From a virus (lineage: Duplodnaviria; Caudoviricetes): a stretch of 36,519 nt of DNA. Each line of letters begins with the position of its first letter. Positions within the stretch are counted from its first letter, which is position 1. The stretch is taken from positions 1 to 36,519 of the IMG/VR virus record IMGVR_UViG_3300031965_000090. One strand, given 5' to 3'. The notes under the pieces were generated by a model. The model saw nothing but the letters and a program-made list of their open reading frames with translations, ran no database searches and had not been told where the DNA came from. The position numbers were made by a program, and so were the translations under genes. Shown here in pieces: positions 18,294 through 27,585 of this stretch.

Positions 18294-18724
18294 GATTTTT
18301 TCAGTCCGAGATTATTGTAAGCCAAAAAAGGCTTGATTAATAAATCTAACTCGGGGACTCTGGGTTTAAATGTGACATGTGAGCCTTTAAAATAACTCGT
18401 TGTTTTTCCGCCTACGCCTTCGAGGTTTTTTGATTCGCTAGATATCAAACCTCCAGCTAAAGTAGTAGCATCAAGCGTTAGTCGTCCGACTTGTTGGAGT
18501 TCTACCGCTTTCAATGCGGCTTTGGAAATATCTGCTACAGTGACTAAATCAGTAGGCAGTTTTCGCGCTTGCTCTTCATCGACCAGCTCACCTTTGAAAC
18601 TATAGTAAGTGTCGATAAAATCAGTTGCTAAAATAATATCAGCGTCCAATGTTGCAGTGACAATTGTTATGCCGCGATCATCGGCGTAAGTCGTGTAAGC
18701 TGCGGATGTGATGTAGTCTGCCAT
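18290..18724 (-). CDS. head-tail adaptor
   Basis: YIT..AY..YA..RG, ATDFID..FKG and LLIKPFL; follows the capsid gene. Confidence 0.75.
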   Translation of the reverse strand: MADYITSAAYTTYADDRGITIVTATLDADIILATDFIDTYYSFKGELVDEEQARKLPTDLVTVADISKAALKAVELQQVGRLTLDATTLAGGLISSESKNLEGVGGKTTSYFKGSHVTFKPRVPELDLLIKPFLAYNNLGLKKS

Positions 18725-18726
18725 TA

Positions 18727-18894
18727 TTACTTATCTTTCTTTTTTGATTTTTTTTGTTGTTGAATATCGAGATCATGATAGCTGTCTTTCTCATGATAGA
18801 TTTCATCTTGATCTTTTTTATCACAAAGATTAATCACTTTATAACCCCATTTGTTATCAGTTCTTACTCTAACCGTTTCAATATTTTGACTCAT
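18727..18894 (-). CDS. small capsid-adjacent protein
   Basis: IETVRV...GYKVIN..D; GGAG SD before ATG 18894. Confidence 0.6.
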   Translation of the reverse strand: MSQNIETVRVRTDNKWGYKVINLCDKKDQDEIYHEKDSYHDLDIQQQKKSKKKDK

Positions 18895-18907
18895 ATTTTT
18901 TCTCTCC

Positions 18908-18930
18908 AAAAAAAGGGAGCCGAAGCCCCC
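18908..18930 (-). terminator. intrinsic terminator after the major capsid gene
   Basis: GGGGGC-TTCG-GCTCCC followed by T7. Confidence 0.9.
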
Positions 18931-18944
18931 AATACCTAAGAAAA

Positions 18945-20108
18945 TTATCCCAGCAATAAAGCGGTGTGCTCTGGTTTAATGTTTTTAACACCCCATGCAA
19001 TTGAGATCTCGTATCGCACCATCCTGTTACCTGGATAGATCGCGATCTCAAAGGTTAATCCGGTGCGCGGGTCAGTGATGCTAGTCACGTCAAGCGCCAA
19101 GTCGCCTTCAACCGGACGTTCAGGCATACGAGTAGCCAGCACGATAGCTGATCGATTAAACAGCATATTTCTTGCCGCTGCTGCTACGACGGTGATCGCT
19201 GTGGCGCTGGCTGCTAATGCTACTCTAAGGCCTGGCTCTGCTAGTGTAATAGTCCCGCCGTTTGACACGTCAGCGTCACCAGATGCAATAACATATTTAT
19301 TGGTATCGCCTGCGATTGTGATAATATCACCAGCCAAAATCGTACCAGTTCCCGCCGAGGCCAATGTGATCACTGTATCGCCCACGGCATAGCCTGCGTT
19401 ATCAGTTGTCGCACTCGCACCAGTACCAGCCGTGTTTGTTTTAACCTGCGCTGATTGACGAACATCTAAACCGTCAATAGATCGAATGATCCCTTGTCGC
19501 ATTAAACCATTATCAAACTCAACCGCTGAACTAGACTGTTTACCCGCAAATTCAGCGGCCGCAGTCGTATCCAAAACAAGTTGATTGTCAGATACTGGCG
19601 CGCCATTATCTTTTAATATTTTATGCGCGTAGGTGGCTTGGGTAAAATTACCAGCAGTTTGGAATGGTGTAGTACCTGCGGTGCCAAATGCTCTGCTGGT
19701 GGTGATGTGTAAATCGGCTAAATCGGATTCAACCTCATTTACCAGTGCGCGCATTGCCTGTAACATTTGATTAGCTCGGATCGGAAAATACCCGGGGCCT
19801 TTACCATCACTATTTAAACTACCTTGCTCTAAACCGTTCCATGAGAAAGGGCGTCCGCGTGATTTTGTGATTTTGATTTTAGTATTGCCAATAGTTTGGT
19901 CAGCCGCTGCCGGAATGCTCATAGCCGGAGTAATATCAAAACCCGCATTTGCCGCAGGCGCGATAGGGACAACTACTTCTTGATCTTTGTGTGCTCGATT
20001 AACTCGGGCGTCTATTGTGACAGCCGGAATAAATCCAACTAGTTCTCGTGATACGATATCCAACGCGGCGTAAGCGTCTGGGATTAAATCGGTTAATGTA
20101 TTAGCCAT
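18945..20108 (-). CDS. major capsid protein, P22 gp5-like
   Basis: MANTLTDLIPD.Y.ALD.VSRELVGFIPAV...DPRTGLTFE...AWGVK.IKPEH; strong terminator downstream. Confidence 0.9.
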   Translation of the reverse strand: MANTLTDLIPDAYAALDIVSRELVGFIPAVTIDARVNRAHKDQEVVVPIAPAANAGFDITPAMSIPAAADQTIGNTKIKITKSRGRPFSWNGLEQGSLNSDGKGPGYFPIRANQMLQAMRALVNEVESDLADLHITTSRAFGTAGTTPFQTAGNFTQATYAHKILKDNGAPVSDNQLVLDTTAAAEFAGKQSSSAVEFDNGLMRQGIIRSIDGLDVRQSAQVKTNTAGTGASATTDNAGYAVGDTVITLASAGTGTILAGDIITIAGDTNKYVIASGDADVSNGGTITLAEPGLRVALAASATAITVVAAAARNMLFNRSAIVLATRMPERPVEGDLALDVTSITDPRTGLTFEIAIYPGNRMVRYEISIAWGVKNIKPEHTALLLG

Positions 20109-20121
20109 TTTTTAGTGCCTC

Positions 20122-20826
20122 TTAGTTTAGTCTGCCGCCGCTCAAAATGAACGCGGCTTGTGATTGGATCGGTAAAGCGTCATAAGCTTCCCGTTTCATT
20201 GTTTTAGCTTTAGCACTGCCGCCGCCCGAACCGTTAACACTGCCGCCGCCGTTGGTTACAACATCAGCTTTTAATAGTGGGCTGTAATTTTCATCAGCTA
20301 ATAATTCCGCTTTGAACCCAACTAAATCTAATGACGAGGCACTACCATCATCATTTAAAAAAGTTATCTTTCCGGTATCGATATCAACATCGACACGATT
20401 CGATAAAATTTGTTTAAATATTTTCTTACCCTTTTCAGTCGCCATTTCTGATAATTCAGAAACCACTAAACCGATTTTATCTTTTTTATAAGCGCTGGTT
20501 AATTTGTCAATTCTAGCCTCGTATTGCGCTTTGGTTTCGTTATTTCTTCGTTCGACATCTTCGAGTATCTCTTTCGTTTTACCCTCAGCCATCAACTTGT
20601 CCAGCGCCTTTTTTTCAGCTTCTGCCTGGCGCTCAGCTTGCCCTTTTTCATAATCTGATAACTTGCCTGTCGTTTCTTTCAGCTTGTGATCTAAATCATT
20701 TAATGAGCTTTTTAATTTTGCTGCTTTAAACTCGGATGAGTGCTTGAAAACTTCACCGTCTTGTTGATAATCGTTTTTAATAAATTCTGGCAATTCATCA
20801 AATTGCGCTTGGGTTAATTCACTCAT
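20122..20826 (-). CDS. capsid scaffolding protein
   Basis: Coiled-coil with a Gly-rich linker; lies between portal and capsid. Confidence 0.75.
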   Translation of the reverse strand: MSELTQAQFDELPEFIKNDYQQDGEVFKHSSEFKAAKLKSSLNDLDHKLKETTGKLSDYEKGQAERQAEAEKKALDKLMAEGKTKEILEDVERRNNETKAQYEARIDKLTSAYKKDKIGLVVSELSEMATEKGKKIFKQILSNRVDVDIDTGKITFLNDDGSASSLDLVGFKAELLADENYSPLLKADVVTNGGGSVNGSGGGSAKAKTMKREAYDALPIQSQAAFILSGGRLN

Positions 20827-22288
20827 CAGGCACGGCCTCTAGTTGTAGTTGTGCGCCATCGGCGCGGTTAATTAAATCTTCGGCGCTGCTCACTGACCAG
20901 CCACCTTGAACTAATAGTTTAATAATTTCATCGTCAGGATAAATCCCGCTCATGCGCAAATTGATCAAGGCAGTGACTTGTTGCTCATTCAGTTTCGATT
21001 GAGCGAAATCTTTATTCAGTGATAAGACTATTTCATCAATGTTTTTTTCTATATCATCATCAGACCATAGCCCTTCAAACATTCCACAATATAATAAGAC
21101 TCGTTTAAATCCAGACTCTAAAGCATCAGCCAACGTGATTAGTCGTGCTGTTTGTTCTGAGTTATCAATCAAAGACTTGGTGGCGGTTTGTTGTGCTTCG
21201 TTACTTGTTTTAAATGAGCCGCCCAACGCTCTGACTTTTCTTTCATTATCTTCAAAATATCTTTCAAAGCCGCCTAATTCTGCCGCTGAGCTAATAACTT
21301 GCATGGTCACGTCTTCGGGTAAATTATTAGTCCCGCCAGAGCCAGTAATAATGTAATCTCGGCCGCCGTTAATCTCCTGAAAGGTTTCCCATTTCATCGA
21401 GTCCCATCCGCTCGTGTTGACTGTTGGCGCAATTTTTCGCATGGTCTCTTTATATTCGGCGCTTTGTCGATAACGATAATAAGCCGCATCACAAATTGGA
21501 GCGAGATAACCTAAGTCGATAGGCAGTTTCCCTGATTCCAACTCTTCATCAGACACAATCTCAACCGGCAGCCATTTTAATCTCTGTCCGTTGATCGTCT
21601 GATAATTTAACTCCCCTGTTTCGCTAATCCCATCCGCTGATTTGATTATTTTTTGCTGATAATAATCTCCGCTTTCATCGAGCGCCAAAATTAACAGCGA
21701 TTCATATTTTTTATAAGTGACCGTTTCTCTATCGAATTTCAATACATTTTCGCAGAGCATTAAATAATTTAATTGATTAACACCGTTGACTATGCCGAAT
21801 GACCAATTGATGACAGATTCGCGGTTATACTGTTTAACCACAGCTCGTGGATTAATTCGTTTGGATTGTTCAAGAGATAATTCGGAACTAATCCCGCCCT
21901 TAAAATCTGCTATCAAAACGTGAAACTTTGCCGCCAGTATATTTTTAGCGGTGTTTTCAATCGCACCGACTAATGAGCTGCCGTCCCCATCGATATCATT
22001 AATTAAATATTCGAGTTTTGCGGGGAGTTCGATTTCTGCATTGTTGACTTTTAATTTACCTAATAAGCTTTTTTCAGTTTGCTTGGGGAATTCGTCGAAC
22101 TCAGCCCCGAATAAATAAACTTTATACCGTGCTTTGGCGTCTGCGCTGCTAGAGTCAATTTCCGAGGGGTGTGGTAAATATTCAAAACCTTTTGCTTTGA
22201 CAAAATGACTACCCATGATTGCATCCCGCACCGCTTGCACAGCCGGGAGCATGAAATCATAATCTGGATGGTTTTGGTTTTTAAACAT
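20819..22288 (-). CDS. portal protein (DUF4055-like)
   Basis: HPDY, YLPHP..D, RY..YL..A and YRQSAEY; 489 aa. Confidence 0.85.
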   Translation of the reverse strand: MFKNQNHPDYDFMLPAVQAVRDAIMGSHFVKAKGFEYLPHPSEIDSSSADAKARYKVYLFGAEFDEFPKQTEKSLLGKLKVNNAEIELPAKLEYLINDIDGDGSSLVGAIENTAKNILAAKFHVLIADFKGGISSELSLEQSKRINPRAVVKQYNRESVINWSFGIVNGVNQLNYLMLCENVLKFDRETVTYKKYESLLILALDESGDYYQQKIIKSADGISETGELNYQTINGQRLKWLPVEIVSDEELESGKLPIDLGYLAPICDAAYYRYRQSAEYKETMRKIAPTVNTSGWDSMKWETFQEINGGRDYIITGSGGTNNLPEDVTMQVISSAAELGGFERYFEDNERKVRALGGSFKTSNEAQQTATKSLIDNSEQTARLITLADALESGFKRVLLYCGMFEGLWSDDDIEKNIDEIVLSLNKDFAQSKLNEQQVTALINLRMSGIYPDDEIIKLLVQGGWSVSSAEDLINRADGAQLQLEAVPDE

Positions 22289-22348
22289 GAATTTTTATCA
22301 TAATAATATTTTGTATTAGTTTACCGATTTTTATTAATGTTTACAATA

Positions 22349-23473
22349 TTATAATCCTGCGCGCTTAAATGCTCTGGAGTTTAATAATCTTAATTCGTCC
22401 AGTGTTAATGTTCTTCCGGTCATGTCAGTGAATTTATCAATACTCATTTTGCCGTCAAAGAATAGTTTGGCTCGCGTTTTGCCCAGCGTATCTTCAACAA
22501 ACCAATCAGGTTGCTGTTTTAACCATGTTCCGTAACCGGTGCGCGCATTAATTTGACCAGCCTTAAATGTGGTCGCATCTTTACGACCTCGATATTTTAT
22601 TGTTCTATCTGTCCGTGATTTTCTCTTTTCAAAACTTTCTTTTGCTGCTTCGCCCTCTTGACCGCCGACCGATGATCGCGTCCCACCGATATTTTTTTGA
22701 CCCTTTGTCAGATAGATCCAAACGCTTCTCTCATTCCAGTGGAGCGGCAACTTAGGATAGTTATCATCGGTTAATAGCCATGTTTTACCGTGGTTTCCAG
22801 CGCAAACTAATGTGGTTCTGTTATCAAAAGTCGCATTAAAAAAACGCCTCTCTAAAATATCCAAGTTATCCTGCGCCATGGCTTCGCGTGCGTTTACTGT
22901 GTAATGACTCATCCCAGTTCTCGCCAAAGCTTCTAGTTCACGCCTTAAAAATCCGCTACTGGCTTGCTTGAGTCTTGCTATAGTCTGTCCGACTGTTTCT
23001 TGATTCACATAACCTGATTTGATCTCATTATCAAACGCTCGCCCGATTGAGTTTTGCTGATTGAGCACAAATTCAACCCAAGTGCCTGAGGTTGTTTTTT
23101 TTCCGCTGACTAATGACAATAAAGATTGGTCAATAAACTGTTTGATTTTTTTGTTTGCCGGAATGGTTAAAGTAGCTTGATTTAAAGAGCCAATCAAATT
23201 GGCATGAAAGTCGGCTTCATAATATGCGATTGATTCTAATTCTTTTCCAAACTCGTCAAACATTACTCTTGTTATTCGTCTTGTGCTTTTAGATACTTTT
23301 TTCAGTGCGTCCTGTAATTTTTTAGGCGTGTTTAAGCTTTCCATATCAAGCAAAATTAATCTGGCTGCTTTGTAAGCTTCTTCTAAACTGGGATAAATTT
23401 TTGAGTTGAGAAGTCCGCTAGCTAATCTCGCTAGATAAATTTCATGACGTGATGAATCATCAACCAAACTCAT
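22349..23473 (-). CDS. minor head morphogenesis protein (Mu gpF/SPP1 gp7-like)
   Basis: ALART, ATFDNRTTLVC, PLHWNERS and WLKQQP...LGKTRA. Confidence 0.85.
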   Translation of the reverse strand: MSLVDDSSRHEIYLARLASGLLNSKIYPSLEEAYKAARLILLDMESLNTPKKLQDALKKVSKSTRRITRVMFDEFGKELESIAYYEADFHANLIGSLNQATLTIPANKKIKQFIDQSLLSLVSGKKTTSGTWVEFVLNQQNSIGRAFDNEIKSGYVNQETVGQTIARLKQASSGFLRRELEALARTGMSHYTVNAREAMAQDNLDILERRFFNATFDNRTTLVCAGNHGKTWLLTDDNYPKLPLHWNERSVWIYLTKGQKNIGGTRSSVGGQEGEAAKESFEKRKSRTDRTIKYRGRKDATTFKAGQINARTGYGTWLKQQPDWFVEDTLGKTRAKLFFDGKMSIDKFTDMTGRTLTLDELRLLNSRAFKRAGL

Positions 23474-23648
23474 AATATACCCTGACCGCTTTTGCTAATA
23501 TTTTAATTAACTCATCTTTATTGCCTTTATATTCTGCGCCAGACGCTAATTTTCTGATGTCTGAAATATAGATTTCGTGCTGACTATCGTCATAAAAAAC
23601 CAATAATGTTTCTTGATTAATTCTAACGACCGACACGGATACCACCAT
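23460..23648 (-). CDS. small hypothetical protein
   Basis: Bridges terL and the minor head gene with overlaps. Confidence 0.5.
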   Translation of the reverse strand: MVVSVSVVRINQETLLVFYDDSQHEIYISDIRKLASGAEYKGNKDELIKILAKAVRVYYEFG

Positions 23649-24873
23649 GGCCAGGCTTGATTATTGGATAACGAGCATGGATAAAATAACCCGCCGAATC
23701 ATTATGATCGTCTATCGCGGGGTGCTCGTCAAATTTTTCCGGATTCCCTTTTTTATCGTAGCCCTGAGATTCTAAAGCGTTTGCCAACTCGGGGCATTTA
23801 TCGCTATTGACTTTAATATGATCATGAGCGAGTAGCGCGTTAAATGAGTTTATCCTATCTCTGACTGCGGGGTTTGATTTGGGACTACCCACATCATAAC
23901 CGCCGCTCTTGATCAATGACACGTCACTATGAGCCGCGTTTGTGTGTCGATTATCACCCGAGGCATCTGGATAAATAGTTATTTTATGATCTTTGTATCG
24001 TGATAAATTATTAATAAAATCTTGTGTGTCATAGCTGACAAATTCATCCACCGCCACCGGATAGCCCTTTTCGATTACCCAGGTATTAGCACAACAACCG
24101 CCTACATTAAAATCAACGCCGATAAATAATCTGTCACCAGCTTGGATCACTCTATCGCTGTGATGTTTTGCCCTATTGTAAAAATGATAGACTTTGTTTG
24201 CGGTGAGATTAACAAACTCACCCTCGATATATAATTGAGCCAGCAATGGATCATAGTTAGCGAGAATTTGTTCTATGTAACCATCTGGCAAACAGGGGTT
24301 TGAGCGGGTGGACGCTTTGATTAACTCATAGCCCGGTTGCCTTTGCTTAACCCATTTACTATAGATAAATCCATTAGTACCTTGGTCTGGCGTTGTTACT
24401 GCTGCTACTGTATTCGCTCTGTGTGTTTTTTGACGCGTTCGCTCTGACACTTTACGCCAGACCATTTCCGCTTTTTCTTTTGTTAACGTATCCAACTCGT
24501 CACATATAGAATGGGCACACTCAAATGCTACTATGCGCTGAGGATTGTCATAACTGCGGAAAAGCATTTTTCCAATTTTCCCAATCTCGATAGAATACTC
24601 TGATTTGTTAATTGCGTGACTGACGCCCATTTCACAAAGCAATGATTCTAATCCTGGCATAGCTCGCAGTCTTAATAAATCGTAGGTAGGCATTGTCATC
24701 AGTGTGTTAATACTGGATTTAGTCTGCTTATAGTTGTCGAGCATCAATAAATATAAACGTACTATTGCCGCGTGTGATTTACCTGCGCCCAATCCCGCCA
24801 CCATCGCCGGATGTGCTGCGTCAGAGAAAACAAATTCTTCTTGCGGCTCCGTCAGTCCAAGATTAAATTTCAT
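23623..24873 (-). CDS. terL: terminase large subunit
   Basis: Walker A AGLGAGKS, Walker B ICDELD, TTP coupling motif, nuclease GVDFN, YPDASG and DDHND. Confidence 0.95.
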   Translation of the reverse strand: MKFNLGLTEPQEEFVFSDAAHPAMVAGLGAGKSHAAIVRLYLLMLDNYKQTKSSINTLMTMPTYDLLRLRAMPGLESLLCEMGVSHAINKSEYSIEIGKIGKMLFRSYDNPQRIVAFECAHSICDELDTLTKEKAEMVWRKVSERTRQKTHRANTVAAVTTPDQGTNGFIYSKWVKQRQPGYELIKASTRSNPCLPDGYIEQILANYDPLLAQLYIEGEFVNLTANKVYHFYNRAKHHSDRVIQAGDRLFIGVDFNVGGCCANTWVIEKGYPVAVDEFVSYDTQDFINNLSRYKDHKITIYPDASGDNRHTNAAHSDVSLIKSGGYDVGSPKSNPAVRDRINSFNALLAHDHIKVNSDKCPELANALESQGYDKKGNPEKFDEHPAIDDHNDSAGYFIHARYPIIKPGHGGIRVGR

Positions 24874-25232
24874 TCAGGTTTTGTTGCTCGGGTGATTGTG
24901 ATTTCTATTTTGTCGTCAGTGCTCTGAGTTGGTTCTGTAGTCTCACGCCAGCCCATTTGGGTTTTTGCCCAGAACATTGCCGCTCTAACACTATCAGAAT
25001 AAGTGCCGCCATTTTCCATCGCTTGACCGCTGGCGGCTTGGAAAAGGAATTTACCTACAGACAGGTCCGCTTTTATTTTTGCCTGATTAAGCTCTTGCTT
25101 ATACCATTTAGTTAATGTCTTTTGAGTCAGACCAATATATGCGGCAATATCATGCTGAGGCACGCCAAAGCTTTTAAGTGCTGCGACCTCCGCTCTGGTT
25201 GTTTCCGTTGGTATGTGTGGAGGTTTAGCCAT
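24870..25232 (-). CDS. terS: terminase small subunit
   Basis: HTH (GVPQHDIAAYIGLTQKTL) and AAMFWAKTQMGWRE; ATGA overlap with terL. Confidence 0.85.
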   Translation of the reverse strand: MAKPPHIPTETTRAEVAALKSFGVPQHDIAAYIGLTQKTLTKWYKQELNQAKIKADLSVGKFLFQAASGQAMENGGTYSDSVRAAMFWAKTQMGWRETTEPTQSTDDKIEITITRATKPE

Positions 25233-25387
25233 TATTTATGGCCAGGTCTTTTTATAAGTGGGAAATATTTTCGTTTTCATTTTTTACTCATCATAAAATA
25301 CTATTTTAATGATAATCAGTCACAGACCAATTTGTATTATTTTGCTTTAATCTTATCTATTTACACGCGGTAGTATCAATTAAATTT

Positions 25388-25520
25388 TGGCGCTAACGTC
25401 CAGAGCGCGCCTGTCTCCTGAAAATAGTCTTTGGACTGTCCGATTGTGATATGCTCAACCCGCGACAAATAGAATAAGGATATTCTCAGCTAAGGTTGTA
25501 TCGCGCATCGGCATCAGCGC
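25388..25520 (-). ncRNA. candidate structured RNA with acceptor-like closing stem and 3' CCA
   Basis: 5' GCGCUGAUG pairs with 3' CGUUAGCGC(CA); several internal hairpins; GC-rich intergenic island. Confidence 0.5.
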
Positions 25521-25522
25521 AT

Positions 25523-25867
25523 TTAATCGTGTATTCTGCACGGCTCTGGATTTATATTAAATCTGACCGCTTTAATTGTCTCTTTGCCTTCGTGTAATGC
25601 TTTCATAATTCTATGCCTGCCGTCCATAATTGATCCGTTTTCATCCATGATGATCGGGTAATTTAAATCAGCATTTAATACTCTTTGCATGTGAGCTGCA
25701 AATTCCCTTAACGTGTATCTTTTATCAAATGATAAATCTAAGTGATCTAGTGGAATGTCCAAAACTTTTAGGTTTTTAGATAATATTATTAGCCTGGCAA
25801 CTGACCATTCGTGACCATTAATAAATGCACCTTGTTCATCGAATGCTGGTAGTTCAGGTAGTTTCAT
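25523..25867 (-). CDS. ParB/sulfiredoxin N-terminal-like domain protein
   Basis: YPII...IMDGRHRIMKA...G. Confidence 0.8.
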   Translation of the reverse strand: MKLPELPAFDEQGAFINGHEWSVARLIILSKNLKVLDIPLDHLDLSFDKRYTLREFAAHMQRVLNADLNYPIIMDENGSIMDGRHRIMKALHEGKETIKAVRFNINPEPCRIHD

Positions 25868-25869
25868 AT

Positions 25870-26262
25870 TTATTTACTCACAGCATAAAAGGCAATGCCA
25901 GCGGCGGATAGTACGCTGGTTACAATGCCAGTTAATATTTTATAGATTGTTCCCCTACTTTCTCTATATCGCTCTACGTCTCCACTCATTACTAAAACAG
26001 TATCGCTTAATACTTTAACTGTTCGCCCGAGTTGTTTTTGGTTTTCTTCGAGCCTGTCGAATCGTTTGTCGGATTCTTCGTGTCTTGATTCAGATTTCGC
26101 TGTGACTGTGACTAGCTGATTGACAGCGTTATAAAGCTCCTTGATCGATTGATTGATCTGCTCGTTCTGTCGGTTCGTCTGCTCGTTTTGGTGCGTCATT
26201 AACCGCGCGTAACCGTCCAACGCTTGCTCTAGAGTTGAGCTTGCTGGTCTGCTCTCGCTCAT
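25870..26262 (-). CDS. coiled-coil protein with C-terminal TM helix (possible lysis accessory)
   Basis: ATGA overlap at 26262; heptads followed by ILTGIVTSVLSAAGIAFYAV. Confidence 0.65.
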   Translation of the reverse strand: MSESRPASSTLEQALDGYARLMTHQNEQTNRQNEQINQSIKELYNAVNQLVTVTAKSESRHEESDKRFDRLEENQKQLGRTVKVLSDTVLVMSGDVERYRESRGTIYKILTGIVTSVLSAAGIAFYAVSK

Positions 26263-26714
26263 AATAGATCCCCACAATAAAACTGACTATTGCTATTATC
26301 ACTATTACAATCATCAATGTGATCAATTGATAAACTGTCATAAATCCCTTTTCCGTAAATTATTAAAATTAGTGAGGATATTAATAATTGCATGACGATT
26401 TGATAAAAATCATATATTAAATAAAACGGGGTGTCATACTCTAAATAACTGACAACATTATAGAGCGTAATCAATAGCAGTGTTACAACAAGATAGCGAT
26501 TAATTTTTAGTAAAACTGCATTTAAAATAAATAAGCTGTTTATCATTGCGATAATCAGATAATAAAACTGATTAAATTCGGTAATGTCAATCACAGATAC
26601 AATGCCATGGAAACCTAGGAGAGCCGCTACGAATAGCGAGTCTCTTCGGTATTTGCTGAATATGACAGAAGCGCATATAGCACACGCTAGCGCGCCAATA
26701 TCAAAGCTATTCAC
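26259..26714 (-). CDS. polytopic membrane protein (about 5 TM)
   Basis: Successive hydrophobic segments. Confidence 0.7.
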   Translation of the reverse strand: MNSFDIGALACAICASVIFSKYRRDSLFVAALLGFHGIVSVIDITEFNQFYYLIIAMINSLFILNAVLLKINRYLVVTLLLITLYNVVSYLEYDTPFYLIYDFYQIVMQLLISSLILIIYGKGIYDSLSIDHIDDCNSDNSNSQFYCGDLL

Positions 26715-26716
26715 AA

Positions 26717-26794
26717 TTATTTAGCTTTTGTCTTGTTAGTGGTTTTCTTGGGTTTTGGTTTTTCTGGCTGAGTCGTCGTAGCGTTTAATATCAT
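26717..26794 (-). CDS. 25-aa basic peptide (not in ORF track)
   Basis: MILNATTTQPEKPKPKKTTNKTKAK*; AGAGAG SD; stop 2 nt before the next start. Confidence 0.55.
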   Translation of the reverse strand: MILNATTTQPEKPKPKKTTNKTKAK

Positions 26795-26854
26795 TTTATT
26801 TCTCTCTTAGATTAATAAAGTTTATTTAATTAACATCGTCAATTTTCATACTTA

Positions 26855-27448
26855 TCAATTGTATCTAATTCTTAAAGCTTCAGCAACTCTTTGATCAGTT
26901 TGTAAATCTGCCAGTTGGCATGCTAATTCATGTTTTCTTTTTCTCCAAGCTTCATGGGCTTGATTGGGACAAGTAAAGTAGCCGAGGTGTTCTGACTTTT
27001 TTGTGAATGGGTTGTTACATAGCGCGTGAAATTTATTCTGTCGTTTATTCCAGTAAAATCCGACAGGATGTTCTTCGCCAGAAGTTGTGCAGTTATTATT
27101 AAATGTGTTTATTTGACTATCAACAAAAACACAAGTTTCAGCCGAATATATTTTATTATCAGGTAGTAATAGATTTTTATCCAGCTGCTTATTTTCCCAA
27201 TCCTGTCTGATCATCCATTTTCTGTAATTTGAAAATGTTAGCCATTCTTCACTAATTGAGCATCCTAGATACCTTGGGTTGTCTTCTTTATATTTGTCTG
27301 AGCATCTACGCAACATGGCTTTCCAAGATCTATAAAAAGGGCATTCCCAGACTTGTTTTAGCTTACCGTTTACGATTTCGCTAGTTGTAACAACATAATT
27401 TGCGTCGTTGATGCCAACGCCCTGAACTAATCTTTTTTTTCTACCCAT
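26855..27448 (-). CDS. second HNH-like homing endonuclease, paralog of 16510..17103
   Basis: GVGINDA, CPFYRSWKAMLRRC, QLDKNLL and YSAETCVFV; same C-terminus. Confidence 0.8.
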   Translation of the reverse strand: MGRKKRLVQGVGINDANYVVTTSEIVNGKLKQVWECPFYRSWKAMLRRCSDKYKEDNPRYLGCSISEEWLTFSNYRKWMIRQDWENKQLDKNLLLPDNKIYSAETCVFVDSQINTFNNNCTTSGEEHPVGFYWNKRQNKFHALCNNPFTKKSEHLGYFTCPNQAHEAWRKRKHELACQLADLQTDQRVAEALRIRYN

Positions 27449-27585
27449 TTTTTCACCGCCAATAAAAAAATCAATGTACTTTTGATCTGGTTAGAGTAGG
27501 CGCAAATGACCTCAGATCTAAATACATTGATTGTTTTACACTTGCTTTTTCGACCTCTAACAGTCAATTTTAATTATAACACTGG

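Noticed and set aside
19063-21356. + strand ORFs within the capsid and portal genes
   Set aside because: Antisense shadows of well-supported genes.
25388-25520. Canonical tRNA or tmRNA call
   Set aside because: No T-loop consensus, D-loop GG or 7-nt anticodon loop in proper geometry; too short for tmRNA.
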